IMG/VR virus record: IMGVR_UViG_3300045988_122538
DNA length: 64,000 nt
From: a virus
Strand: one strand, 5' to 3'
In this document: piece by piece, positions 8,758-17,950 of the stretch
How the letters are laid out: each line of letters opens with the position of its first letter
Numbering within the stretch: position 1 is the stretch's first letter
Program-made: the position numbers and the translations under genes
Notes under the pieces: model-generated
The model's input: the letters and a program-made list of their open reading frames with translations, nothing else
Told to the model about the DNA's origin: nothing
Databases searched by the model: none

Positions 8758-8830
8758 ATCGTTATAATACATGTAGGTCGGACAGCCAATTCGGCTTACA
8801 TGTTTTATAATGTGCCTGATGAACAGGCAC
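8758..8830 (+). promoter_or_regulatory. structured intergenic region: two TATAAT boxes, each followed by a hairpin
   Basis: ATCGTTATAAT at 8758-8768 is followed by a 14-bp imperfect hairpin at 8769-8803. A second TATAAT at 8805-8810 is followed by the hairpin GTGCCTG-ATGAA-CAGGCAC at 8812-8830. No -35 element is present. It could be a terminator plus promoter, or a leader structure for the SSB gene. Confidence 0.35.
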
Positions 8831-8867
8831 ATATCATCATATCAAGAAACCAATAGGAGGTATTATT

Positions 8868-9587
8868 ATGGCATTCAAAAGCGTAGACGAATACAACAAG
8901 GAACAGTATGGTGGTCTTTTCAGACTTCCGAATGATCAGGATTGTGCAGATGTCATCTTCCTTTACAGACAGCATTCTGATGCACTCGTAGCTGACACAC
9001 ACTACATCAAAACAGCTGATTACAGTGGATATGTACACTGTACAGGTCGTGGCTGTCCTGCTTGTGCTAAGGGCATCAGAAAGCAGACAAAGATCTTTGT
9101 ACCGCTGTATAACATCACAGAGGGTGAACCGCAGTTTTGGGACAGAACACCGTCGTTTGAACCTCAGCTGAACACAGAGGTATTTTCACGTTTTCCAAAT
9201 CCAAGTGATTTCGTATTCCGTATCACAAGACATGGCGTTGCACGTGATGTTAACACTCGATATCAGATTGTTGCAACTAGCAACAACACCTTCAAGTCTT
9301 TTGATCAGATCTTGTCCGAAAACAACATCTCCTTCCCTGAATTCTATGAACAGATCTGCAAGGATGTCGATGCTGCTACACTTTCAAGCTGGCTCAGCAC
9401 AGCAGGATCAGCTGCAACTGGTTACAGCAATGAAGCGATGCCGGACTATACGCCTACACCACGAGCTAATCCGTCAGCCATTGCACCGTCAGCTCCTATT
9501 ACACCACCTCCGTCTCTTGATGAAGTTGGTATTGATCCGTCAATCAGCATGGGTGCTGAAGAAGTAGATCCTGACGTTAATTTCTAA
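8868..9587 (+). CDS. single-stranded DNA-binding protein (T4 gp32-like, zinc-containing)
   Basis: His/Cys cluster HCTGRGCPACAKG in a gp32-like position. Pro/Ser-rich linker and an acidic C-terminal tip EEVDPDVNF like SSB tails. Strong SD and expression-optimised codons. Confidence 0.6.
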   Translation: MAFKSVDEYNKEQYGGLFRLPNDQDCADVIFLYRQHSDALVADTHYIKTADYSGYVHCTGRGCPACAKGIRKQTKIFVPLYNITEGEPQFWDRTPSFEPQLNTEVFSRFPNPSDFVFRITRHGVARDVNTRYQIVATSNNTFKSFDQILSENNISFPEFYEQICKDVDAATLSSWLSTAGSAATGYSNEAMPDYTPTPRANPSAIAPSAPITPPPSLDEVGIDPSISMGAEEVDPDVNF

Positions 9588-9601
9588 TAGCAGATGATAG
9601 G

Positions 9602-9648
9602 TAGCTCTGTAGTTCGTTATTATAACAGCTACAGGGCTATTTATATAT
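9602..9648 (+). terminator. probable rho-independent terminator after the SSB gene
   Basis: 11-bp stem TAGCTCTGTAG(9602-9612)/CTACAGGGCTA(9629-9639) with one G-U pair, followed by TTTATATATTT. Confidence 0.5.
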
Positions 9649-9657
9649 TTATAGGAG

Positions 9658-12312
9658 GTGATGAGCTTGGGTTTATTTAGTAGAGCCCAAATTGCTCAAG
9701 TTAATGCAATTGCTGAAAAAAGTAAAGCATCTCTTGAACAGTCTGCTCCAAAAACAGCAAGATCGACAAAAGGATTGAATGCTGAGTTAAAAGCGATGTC
9801 AGATGCTGTAATAGAGTACTTCAAAGATTCTAAAGCTATATTGATCACAAGCAAAGAACAGCTACATGATTATGTAACTAATCTCATAGATTCTGGATAT
9901 GGTAGTCTAGATACAGAGACAACTGGACTTGATCGTATAAGAGATACTATTGTCGGAGCATCTCTATATTATCCAGGTGGTGTAGAATGCTACATACCTA
10001 GTAAACATCTTGTACCTATTTTTGATGCACCTTATAAAGATCAGTTGACATATGAAGAGATTGGCGAAGAGCTTCAGCGAATTGCAGATAGCAGTGTAAA
10101 ACTTATTTTTGCAAATGCTGACTTTGACTTATCTATGATTTACAAAGATCTTAAAGTTGATCTTATCAAGAATTGTTACTATGATGTTATTCTTGCTTGG
10201 AGATGCTTGAAGGAGAATGAACGAAACAATCGACTGAAAGAGCTGTATAACAAATATGTTCTTAAGGGTAAAGGAGATCCTAAAACCTTTAGTGATTTCT
10301 TCCCTCCAAAGCTATTCCCATATTGCAAGCCTGAAGTTGCAAAGCTATATGCTGCAAACGACGCAAAAATTACATATGAGTTGTTTACATGGCAATTACC
10401 ATATGTTATGAAAGATAATCCTAAATGTAAGAAGAATCATCTTGAAGCAATATCTGATCTTATTTGGGGTGTAGAATTTCCGTTGATGGGTGTGTGTCAG
10501 AAGATGCACAGAGATGGTATCTATATTGAACCGTCTATGGCGGAGATGCTGAATAGAAAATATCTCCCAATTGCAGATGCAGAACTTAAGAAACTTCAGG
10601 GTATGGTGCAAGAAATACTCGATAATCCTAAATACACAACACGTGTAAAAAGACCATTTTTACGTGCTACAGATTTTAATCCTGAGTCTACTCCTCATGT
10701 AGCTTGGTTATGCTATGATTTGATGAAACTTGATTCAGGTAAAGGTGGTAGAAGCACTAATAAAGAGATTCTAGGAACATTCAATGCTCCTGTTGCAAAA
10801 CAAATTCTAAAATGCAGAAGTTTAGGAGTTCTTATCAGCACATTTGTGAAGAAATTACCTAACGCTGTAGGTCCTGACGGTAAGATCCATTGTACATTCA
10901 AACAAATTGGTGCTGATACAGGACGATTTAGTTCTGCAGATCCTAATATGCAGAATATTCCATCAAAAGCTGGAGATATTCGTAGAATGTTCAGAGCTAT
11001 GCCGGGTCATGTTTTGATGTCTTCTGACTATTCTCAGCAAGAACCAAAACTCACAGCATATGTAAGCCAAGACGAGAAGATGGTTCAAGCTTTCAAAGAT
11101 AATAAGGATATTTATTCTATCATTGCTAGTATTGCATTTGGTGTTCCTTATGAGGACTGTCTTGAATTCAAGCCGACTGGTAAGTTTGATGAAGATGGTA
11201 ATCCTATTAAGGTATATAATGCTTCTGGTAAAGCTCGAAGAGGTGAGGCAAAGACCATTGTACTTGGAATTACATATGGTCGTTCTGTAGTTACAATTGC
11301 AGATCAGTTATATGCACATGAACCTTGGTCTGATGAGGAAAAAATCAAGAAAGCACAACATGTATTCGATTCTGTTTTGAATGCATTTCCATCACTTAGA
11401 AAGTTGATGATAAATGCACAGAATTGTGCAAAAACAAATGGATATGTTGAAACTATTCTAGGACGTAGACGTCATATACCTGATATGCAACTTCCTGAGT
11501 TTGAATTCAAGCCTATGAAAGGGTATGTTAACCCTGACATTGATCCGCTTGATGTATCTACACTCGATAATCAAGAATCTATACCACAGAGAGTTGTTGA
11601 TAGACTCTATAAGGAGCTTACAAGTTACAAATACTTCGGTCAAGTTGCAAAGCGTATAAGAGAATTAGCCGAGAACGATCATATTAAGGTTATAAATAAC
11701 CGATTCAAGATTCAAGAAGCTTCAAGAAAATGTGTAAATTCTATAATTCAAGGTAGTGCAGCTGAGCAGACAAAACTTGCTATGTTGCTCATCGATAATG
11801 ATCCAGAATGGAACGCATTAGGTGGACATGTTATACTTCCTGTACATGACGAACTTATCGCAGAAGTTCCTATTGAGAATTGGGAGGCTTGTGCAAATAG
11901 ACTGAGTAAATTGATGTGTGACGCAGCTAGTTTCTTACCGTTTGCAAGTAAATGTGATGTTACTGTATCTTATAGATGGAACGGTATGGAGTATCCTTGT
12001 AAATATCCTAAACCTAATTCATTGGATAATCTCACAGAAGATGAAGTAATGTGGGTTCAATATCATTTGTTTGAATGTGGATATGAATTACCTGTATTCA
12101 AAACTCCGGATGGTGATAAACCGGAGGGTGATGCAGCACTTGGTGTAAATGGTGTAGTAACAGATCAATATAATAGTTACATTCGTGACTATTGTAATCG
12201 TTATAATATTACAGAAGATGAGTTTATCTATCATATTCATACCAAGGTGCATACAGGTTCGGCACCTGTTAAACAGCTTGGAGATTATAAACAAATCTCA
12301 TCTAAATCATAA
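9658..12312 (+). CDS. polA: family-A DNA polymerase with a 3'-5' exonuclease domain and a C-terminal extension
   Basis: Exo I LDTETTGL, then RFSSADPNMQNIP. Motif A SSDYSQQEPKL, motif B RRGEAKTIVLGITYG, motif C LPVHDELIAEV. The start is ambiguous: GTG 9658, ATG 9661, or TTG 9667, which has the best SD spacing. Confidence 0.9.
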   Translation: MMSLGLFSRAQIAQVNAIAEKSKASLEQSAPKTARSTKGLNAELKAMSDAVIEYFKDSKAILITSKEQLHDYVTNLIDSGYGSLDTETTGLDRIRDTIVGASLYYPGGVECYIPSKHLVPIFDAPYKDQLTYEEIGEELQRIADSSVKLIFANADFDLSMIYKDLKVDLIKNCYYDVILAWRCLKENERNNRLKELYNKYVLKGKGDPKTFSDFFPPKLFPYCKPEVAKLYAANDAKITYELFTWQLPYVMKDNPKCKKNHLEAISDLIWGVEFPLMGVCQKMHRDGIYIEPSMAEMLNRKYLPIADAELKKLQGMVQEILDNPKYTTRVKRPFLRATDFNPESTPHVAWLCYDLMKLDSGKGGRSTNKEILGTFNAPVAKQILKCRSLGVLISTFVKKLPNAVGPDGKIHCTFKQIGADTGRFSSADPNMQNIPSKAGDIRRMFRAMPGHVLMSSDYSQQEPKLTAYVSQDEKMVQAFKDNKDIYSIIASIAFGVPYEDCLEFKPTGKFDEDGNPIKVYNASGKARRGEAKTIVLGITYGRSVVTIADQLYAHEPWSDEEKIKKAQHVFDSVLNAFPSLRKLMINAQNCAKTNGYVETILGRRRHIPDMQLPEFEFKPMKGYVNPDIDPLDVSTLDNQESIPQRVVDRLYKELTSYKYFGQVAKRIRELAENDHIKVINNRFKIQEASRKCVNSIIQGSAAEQTKLAMLLIDNDPEWNALGGHVILPVHDELIAEVPIENWEACANRLSKLMCDAASFLPFASKCDVTVSYRWNGMEYPCKYPKPNSLDNLTEDEVMWVQYHLFECGYELPVFKTPDGDKPEGDAALGVNGVVTDQYNSYIRDYCNRYNITEDEFIYHIHTKVHTGSAPVKQLGDYKQISSKS

Positions 12313-12324
12313 GGAGGTTATATT

Positions 12325-12723
12325 TTGGAAAATTCTACATTTGTAGCTGTACGTAAGTTAAGTACAATTCAGAAACGTGAAAAACTCAATGACGTCTATG
12401 CAATGGACGAACCAGGAAACGGCGGAGCTAATCATACTTATGCTGTATATAAGTCTGGTGAAACGCCTACCATTCTCAATGAGCCGCTTGTAATCATTCA
12501 GCTTCAGAATGGAGCAAGGAAAATTCCGGATAGCATTCATGGCGTAATTGATACTGACCTGCTGGAAATTGTTCGTGACCGACTTAAGTCATTTCAGAAT
12601 GGTGAGTTTGCTACAAGGGAAAATGCTTGTGCTTTGACTCATATCGAAGAGGCACTTATGTGGTTGAATCGTCGTGTTGAGGACAGAATCGAGAGAAATG
12701 TTCTCGGAACAGATAACAAGTAA
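12325..12723 (+). CDS. conserved-looking small phage protein of unknown function
   Basis: TTG start 7 nt after AAGGAGG. GGANHTY...QLQNG...[51 protein letters not shown] recalls a widespread uncharacterised phage family. That recollection comes from memory only. Confidence 0.6.
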   Translation: MENSTFVAVRKLSTIQKREKLNDVYAMDEPGNGGANHTYAVYKSGETPTILNEPLVIIQLQNGARKIPDSIHGVIDTDLLEIVRDRLKSFQNGEFATRENACALTHIEEALMWLNRRVEDRIERNVLGTDNK

Positions 12724-12736
12724 TGGAGGTTATATA

Positions 12737-13840
12737 ATGTCACAAAAATTTACAGTGAGCACAAAACCGCTGATTGATGGTTTGAATCTTGGTATCTTAA
12801 ATGCTAACATCTCAAACTTCTTTCAGAGAAGCACAATGGCACAAGTAACAGCTAACAAAAACAGTCTTATCATCAACCTTGAAGCTGCATTTATCTATTC
12901 AGAAGTTGAGTTCAAGGGGATGGGTACAGAAGATACATCTTCTACTATATTTGTAAGCAGTTCTCTTCTGAAACAGCTTGTTTCTACATTTGAAGCAAGT
13001 ACAACTACTTTTGAGTTTGATGAAAGTGGTCTCATTTTACATTCAGGTAAATCTAAGTTCACCCTTCCAAAAGTAATTGATGCTGATATGACATTCCAGC
13101 GTCCTGGTAGTTTGTCATCTGATATCATCGACATCAAGAAAGAAGATTGGAAGTTCATCAAGGACTATCAGCTGTATGCTATTGCAATGTCTTTTGTTCA
13201 TCCTGTTTATACAAAGGCTTGGTGCGGTGAGTCTGGTGATGTACTTGTTGGCGATTTTGATATTGGCTTGTTTACGCATTCTAAGAAGGGCAACCTTAGA
13301 CGCACTTGTCTGCTTTCTGATACAATTATCAATCTTATCACATCTCTTCCTGAGGGTGCAAAGATGTATAAAGCTGAAAACAGCTATATTGTACATGTAA
13401 AGACTGATGGATTCACATTTACATCTGAATTTGAACCTAAGTATGAATCTGATGAAGATATGGGCAGTTACAATGCCGATATGATTTTGTCTATCATGAA
13501 TGTAGACGGTGAGTCTGTTAAGGTGAATGTTGCAGCTATCATGAAGATTCTAAATCAGGCTGATTTGCTTTCTACAAAGAGCGAGGATTCTATTAAACTT
13601 TCTGTAAGCACTGGACAGATTACATTCACTGATGTAAATGTAAATTGTTCAATTCCAGCTGAGGGTACTATTACTAATCCATACTCTGTAGAATTCAACA
13701 TTGACTCGCTTAAGAAGGTAATGTCTAATTGTTCTGAAGATGTTGTAAGTATCTTTGCTGCACAGAATGAAGGAGAAGTGTCTGGTATTACAATCTTCAG
13801 CAAGGACTTGATTACATCTATTGCGGCGGTAGAAGAATAA
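12737..13840 (+). CDS. dnaN: DNA polymerase sliding clamp, beta (DnaN)-like
   Basis: 367 aa from ATG 12737 (SD GGAGG at 12725-12729), the same length as bacterial DnaN. It sits next to clamp-loader genes and is highly expression-biased. No strong diagnostic motif is visible by eye. Confidence 0.55.
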   Translation: MSQKFTVSTKPLIDGLNLGILNANISNFFQRSTMAQVTANKNSLIINLEAAFIYSEVEFKGMGTEDTSSTIFVSSSLLKQLVSTFEASTTTFEFDESGLILHSGKSKFTLPKVIDADMTFQRPGSLSSDIIDIKKEDWKFIKDYQLYAIAMSFVHPVYTKAWCGESGDVLVGDFDIGLFTHSKKGNLRRTCLLSDTIINLITSLPEGAKMYKAENSYIVHVKTDGFTFTSEFEPKYESDEDMGSYNADMILSIMNVDGESVKVNVAAIMKILNQADLLSTKSEDSIKLSVSTGQITFTDVNVNCSIPAEGTITNPYSVEFNIDSLKKVMSNCSEDVVSIFAAQNEGEVSGITIFSKDLITSIAAVEE

Positions 13841-14610
13841 TGAGTTTCCAACCATTGAATTTTGCGTCTGTTGCAAAGTTCAATTCGGCAACAAGCAGTG
13901 AATTCCTCTCTTTTTATCAAGATTATGTTCTTCAGAAATTAAGGGAGGACAGCTTGAAGCCGAAAAACAAAACATTTGCTCCTTCAAGTTTTCGATGTGC
14001 TAGAAAATGTTGGTTCAGATTACGTGGTGTCGAAACTGATATGTTAACTAATCCTGATCCAGTATTGAACTTCAAGGCTGAGGTTGGAACAGCACGACAC
14101 GAAATAATTCAATCTAATCTCAAAGAAGCACTTGGAGATGACTGGATTGAAGTACCTGATTATTTAAGCAAGCATCCTATACCATACGAATATACATTGA
14201 CACAGAAAAATCTGGAAACCTTGATAGAAATATCAGATCCTCCAATTCGTTTCGCATGTGATGGTATTATCCGATGGAAAGATAAGATATACTTGCTTGA
14301 AATAAAAACAGCTGACTATGATAGTTGGAACTCATTAACTGACTGGAAGGCTGTACACAAAGATCAAATTCAATGCTATAGCACTCTTTTAGGTCTACCT
14401 CATGTAATCGTTATATATGAGGACAGACAATACGGCGATTTGAAAGTCTATGAAGAGTTTGTCAATCAACTTGAATCCCAAGCTGTATTAGACAGAATGC
14501 ACTATATTCAGGAAATGGTTGAATGTAATCTAGCACCTGACAGAGTTCCTAATGGTGATTACATGTGCAACAATTGTGAATATCGCGTAAAGTGTAAGCA
14601 GTGGGGTTGA
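13840..14610 (+). CDS. Cas4/RecB-family PD-(D/E)XK exonuclease with a 4-Cys (Fe-S) cluster
   Basis: DGIIRW...LLEIKT gives D...ExK. There is one N-terminal Cys (CARKCWF) and a C-terminal CNNCEYRVKC (Cx2Cx5C), as in Cas4/AddB nuclease domains. Confidence 0.75.
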   Translation: MSFQPLNFASVAKFNSATSSEFLSFYQDYVLQKLREDSLKPKNKTFAPSSFRCARKCWFRLRGVETDMLTNPDPVLNFKAEVGTARHEIIQSNLKEALGDDWIEVPDYLSKHPIPYEYTLTQKNLETLIEISDPPIRFACDGIIRWKDKIYLLEIKTADYDSWNSLTDWKAVHKDQIQCYSTLLGLPHVIVIYEDRQYGDLKVYEEFVNQLESQAVLDRMHYIQEMVECNLAPDRVPNGDYMCNNCEYRVKCKQWG

Positions 14611-14629
14611 GAAATCAACCCCATTTTGT
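14603..14629 (+). terminator. rho-independent terminator overlapping the stop codon
   Basis: GGGGTTGA-GAAA-TCAACCCC: an 8-bp GC-rich stem with a GNRA loop, followed by ATTTTGT. Confidence 0.6.
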
Positions 14630-14650
14630 ATAAAAGAAAGGTGTGTTAAA

Positions 14651-15667
14651 ATGTCACTTGCTACAAAATATCGTCCTAAATCATTTTCAGATGTAGTAGA
14701 GCAATCACTTATTGTAGATATGCTCAGTAATATCTGTAAAAGTGATTTGAATAACCGAAATTTCTTATTCATTGGTCCGGCAGGGTGTGGCAAAACTACA
14801 CTTGGTCGAATTGTAGGAAACGTATTGAATAATAATACAGGTGAACCTATTGAAATTGATGCTGCGTCTCATAGTGGTGTAGATAAGATGCGTGATATCA
14901 TTCAGCAAGCACGAACTTACCCTATTGGTTGTGCTTACAAGATATTTATCATTGATGAGTGCCATAGCTTATCGTCACAAGCTTGGCAGGCTCTGCTTAA
15001 GACACTTGAAGAATCTCCAGCAAAAAGTGTTTTTATTTTCTGCACTACAAATCCAGAGAAAATTCCAGCTACAATTTTATCTCGTGTTCAGACATTTCAG
15101 TTGAGTAAGATCAGTCTTGACAGCATCTGTAACAGACTTGTATATGTATTGGATTCTGAAATTGCAGAAGGTAGAGATATAACATATGAGAAAGAAGCTA
15201 TCAACTACATTGCGAAGCTTGCTAATGGCGGTATGCGTGACGCTTTAACATTGCTGGATAAAGCATTGGCGTATAGTACTAACATTTCATCTCATACATT
15301 ATCAAAGGCGCTAGGCCTACCTAACTATGATGATTATTTTATGTTATTGTCTGCTATTGCAAAAAGAGATAATGAAACTATCACAAAGGTAGTTGATGAA
15401 GTTTACAATTCAGGTGTTAACTTTGTGAAATGGTTTGAGAATTTCCATTCATTTGTAATCAACATCGTAAAATATATCTTCCTTCAAGACATCAATAAGA
15501 CAATGATTCCAGCACATTATGCAGATAAGATATCTAAATATAGTACAGCTCATTCTAACATCTGCTTGAAGTTAGCTAATACACTTATCAAATTGAATCA
15601 AGAGTTGAAGTCTACTAACTACCAACAAGAGATTGCACTTACATATTTGTGTAGTCCTAAAAAATAA
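14651..15667 (+). CDS. dnaX: clamp-loader ATPase, DNA polymerase III gamma/tau-like
   Basis: KYRPKSFSDVVEQ, Walker A GPAGCGKTT, Walker B IIDECHSLS and sensor SRVQTFQL. Confidence 0.85.
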   Translation: MSLATKYRPKSFSDVVEQSLIVDMLSNICKSDLNNRNFLFIGPAGCGKTTLGRIVGNVLNNNTGEPIEIDAASHSGVDKMRDIIQQARTYPIGCAYKIFIIDECHSLSSQAWQALLKTLEESPAKSVFIFCTTNPEKIPATILSRVQTFQLSKISLDSICNRLVYVLDSEIAEGRDITYEKEAINYIAKLANGGMRDALTLLDKALAYSTNISSHTLSKALGLPNYDDYFMLLSAIAKRDNETITKVVDEVYNSGVNFVKWFENFHSFVINIVKYIFLQDINKTMIPAHYADKISKYSTAHSNICLKLANTLIKLNQELKSTNYQQEIALTYLCSPKK

Positions 15668-15679
15668 TGAGGTGTTACT

Positions 15680-16240
15680 GTGTTGAATTTACAGAATGTT
15701 CAAAATGAGTTTTCAGATGATATTGAAGCTGTATCTGATTGGTGTGAAGAAATCTATCAAAATAATTTCGCATCGCATTTTTCAGAATCAAGAGAGTTAT
15801 TCTTAAGGCTTAAATCAAAAACACAACCAATTACTGATGAGGAACTAAGCTGGATCTTAATAAACCTTCCACTCAATTTGTTTGATGTATCTGAAGTTCT
15901 TAATAAGTTCAAAGTTAATCAAGAAGTAGTTAAATTGCGTAATAAGCAGAAAGAATCTGATCTTGTTAAAGCGTCTATTGAAACAACAGCTACAAAGCGT
16001 CAAGAAGAAGCATCTATCAAAATGCTTGAAAATAAATTACTTGTAACAGCATATTCGTCTGTTATGTCGAGAGTAGAAAGCGAAATTTCATTTTGCAGAG
16101 AGCTTATCATGGGAGCAAAGAAAATCTGGGATGCACGTAGACGTTCTGAGTCTGCTAATCCTGTAGGTCTTGTAACTGATGATTCTCATACAGATCTACC
16201 AGATTACCAACAAGATGTTTATATCAAAGGAGGTAAATAA
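15680..16240 (+). CDS. hypothetical protein
   Basis: 186-codon ORF with a GTG start 7 nt after GAGG 15669-15672. Sits between the clamp loader and RecA. Confidence 0.55.
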   Translation: MLNLQNVQNEFSDDIEAVSDWCEEIYQNNFASHFSESRELFLRLKSKTQPITDEELSWILINLPLNLFDVSEVLNKFKVNQEVVKLRNKQKESDLVKASIETTATKRQEEASIKMLENKLLVTAYSSVMSRVESEISFCRELIMGAKKIWDARRRSESANPVGLVTDDSHTDLPDYQQDVYIKGGK

Positions 16241-16242
16241 CT

Positions 16243-17424
16243 TTGGCAAGTTATAAAGATATTATAAAGAAGAAAAAGAAAGAGTGGAATTGTGAAGGGT
16301 TGATGGACGGTGCTCATGCGGCACGTGGAGAGAAGTTACCATTTTCGTCACCTTTGATGAATTGGTGCACCTACGGTGGTATTCCTAGAAACAAGATTTC
16401 AGAGTTCTTTGGCGATCCAGGTGGTGGTAAAACTACTACATCTGTCGACATCTGTAAAAATGCTATTGCAATATTCAAAAATGAGTTTGAAGCTAAGGCA
16501 GCTGAATTACGAGATAAGATTGCACAAGGTGTAAAGTCTGCATATTCTGAGCTTGAGGACTTGAATGATAAAGGTCCAAAACGTGTATTGTATATTGATC
16601 TAGAGCACGCATTTGATGGTGCTTGGTCTAAAACACTTGGAATTGATGAAGCTGATATGGATATAATGCAGCCGCCTGATGTATTTGCTGAAGATGTTTT
16701 ACAGACAATTCTGGAGATTGTAGAAACAGGTGAAGTTGGTCTAATTGTTACGGACTCTATTCCTTCATTAGTACCTAAAACAGAACTTGAAAAGAAAATA
16801 GGTGAGCGAACAGTTGCAGTACTTGCTGGGCTATTAAGTGTATTCTGCAGAAAGATTGTTTCTTTGCTTACAAGATATGAATGTACACTTCTCTTGATAA
16901 ATCAGACTCGTGATAACATGGATAATCCATATGTTGTAAAAACACCTGGTGGAAAAGCTCCTAAATTTTATGCATCACTTCGTATTCAGTTCAGAGTAGG
17001 ATCTCCGGTAGATTTCCTAGGAAACGAGTTACCTATGAATACAGATAATCCTGCTGGCTATATCATAAATGCTAAACTAGTTAAACAGAAAAGTGCTCCG
17101 TGGGATAGAAAACAAGGTACATATTACCTCATGTGCCAATCTGGTATTAGACCTGATTTCGACTATGCACTACTTGCAGTAAATAAGTATGGAATCATTC
17201 AAAAAGGCGGAGCTTGGTTCACAATATGCGATCCGTTTACAGGCGAAGTTCTTATGGTTGATGATCCATCTAATCCTGGTAAGCAGAAGCCTCTAAAACT
17301 CAACGGTCTTGCAAGAGTATATGAATATCTCAATTCTAATCCTGAATATTATCATAAACTTCAAAAATTTATCTTAGATGATATAAATGGTAAAACTGAT
17401 GAAACGGAGGATTCTGATGAGTGA
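16243..17424 (+). CDS. recA: RecA-family recombinase
   Basis: Walker A FGDPGGGKTT, Walker B LIVTDSIPSLVPK, and LINQTRDNM...KTPGGKAPKFYASLRIQFR (L2-like region). TTG start 9 nt after AAGGAGGT. Confidence 0.85.
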   Translation: MASYKDIIKKKKKEWNCEGLMDGAHAARGEKLPFSSPLMNWCTYGGIPRNKISEFFGDPGGGKTTTSVDICKNAIAIFKNEFEAKAAELRDKIAQGVKSAYSELEDLNDKGPKRVLYIDLEHAFDGAWSKTLGIDEADMDIMQPPDVFAEDVLQTILEIVETGEVGLIVTDSIPSLVPKTELEKKIGERTVAVLAGLLSVFCRKIVSLLTRYECTLLLINQTRDNMDNPYVVKTPGGKAPKFYASLRIQFRVGSPVDFLGNELPMNTDNPAGYIINAKLVKQKSAPWDRKQGTYYLMCQSGIRPDFDYALLAVNKYGIIQKGGAWFTICDPFTGEVLMVDDPSNPGKQKPLKLNGLARVYEYLNSNPEYYHKLQKFILDDINGKTDETEDSDE

Positions 17425-17950
17425 ACCAACTAAATATTATAGTTCAAGACAAGAACATATGGTAGCTGATTACCTCGGTTGGTCAGTTGTATCTGGCAGC
17501 GGTGCTCGTTCATTTAATCCAGGAGATATACGTTCAGATGATTTCTTAGGTGAGTGTAAAACATTCACTAAGGAATCTGATGACGTTTACTGCTATAATT
17601 CAGTATGGTCTAAGATAACAGAAGAAGCGACATCTGTTATGAAAAAGCCGGTTCTGTTTGTAGATAATGGTACACAACAATCTCAAAATACTTGGTGTGT
17701 AGTTCCAGAAAGGTTCATTTCTTCTGCACCTTCAGTGAGTATTATGGATTCTAAAGTTGCTAATTCGTTATTAAAAACATCTAAAACACGTGTCAGATTT
17801 TCTCATATGAATGTTAAATATGAATTTATGATGTATCGTAGAGTAGTCAATACAGATATGATAGCTTTACCATTTCATCTTGCTGATACAAATGTTGCTT
17901 TAATTTCATTAGCAACACTAAAACATGTGTTGGAAGGAGATGTTGACTAA
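17417..17950 (+). CDS. PD-(D/E)XK nuclease, possible Holliday-junction resolvase
   Basis: GSGARSFNPGDIRSDDFLGECKTF gives a GD...ExK core similar to Hjc/RecU-type resolvases. Located directly after recA. ATG 17417 is supported by GGAGG at 17406-17410. Confidence 0.45.
   Translation: MSEPTKYYSSRQEHMVADYLGWSVVSGSGARSFNPGDIRSDDFLGECKTFTKESDDVYCYNSVWSKITEEATSVMKKPVLFVDNGTQQSQNTWCVVPERFISSAPSVSIMDSKVANSLLKTSKTRVRFSHMNVKYEFMMYRRVVNTDMIALPFHLADTNVALISLATLKHVLEGDVD

Noticed and set aside
9658-9681. N-terminal MSLGLF of PolA resembling a QLxLF beta-clamp-binding peptide (E. coli Pol II uses QLGLF)
   Set aside because: The start codon is ambiguous. SD spacing favours TTG 9667, which would remove part of the motif. 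The Gln is also missing and clamp motifs are usually C-terminal or internal, so this is too fragile to report.
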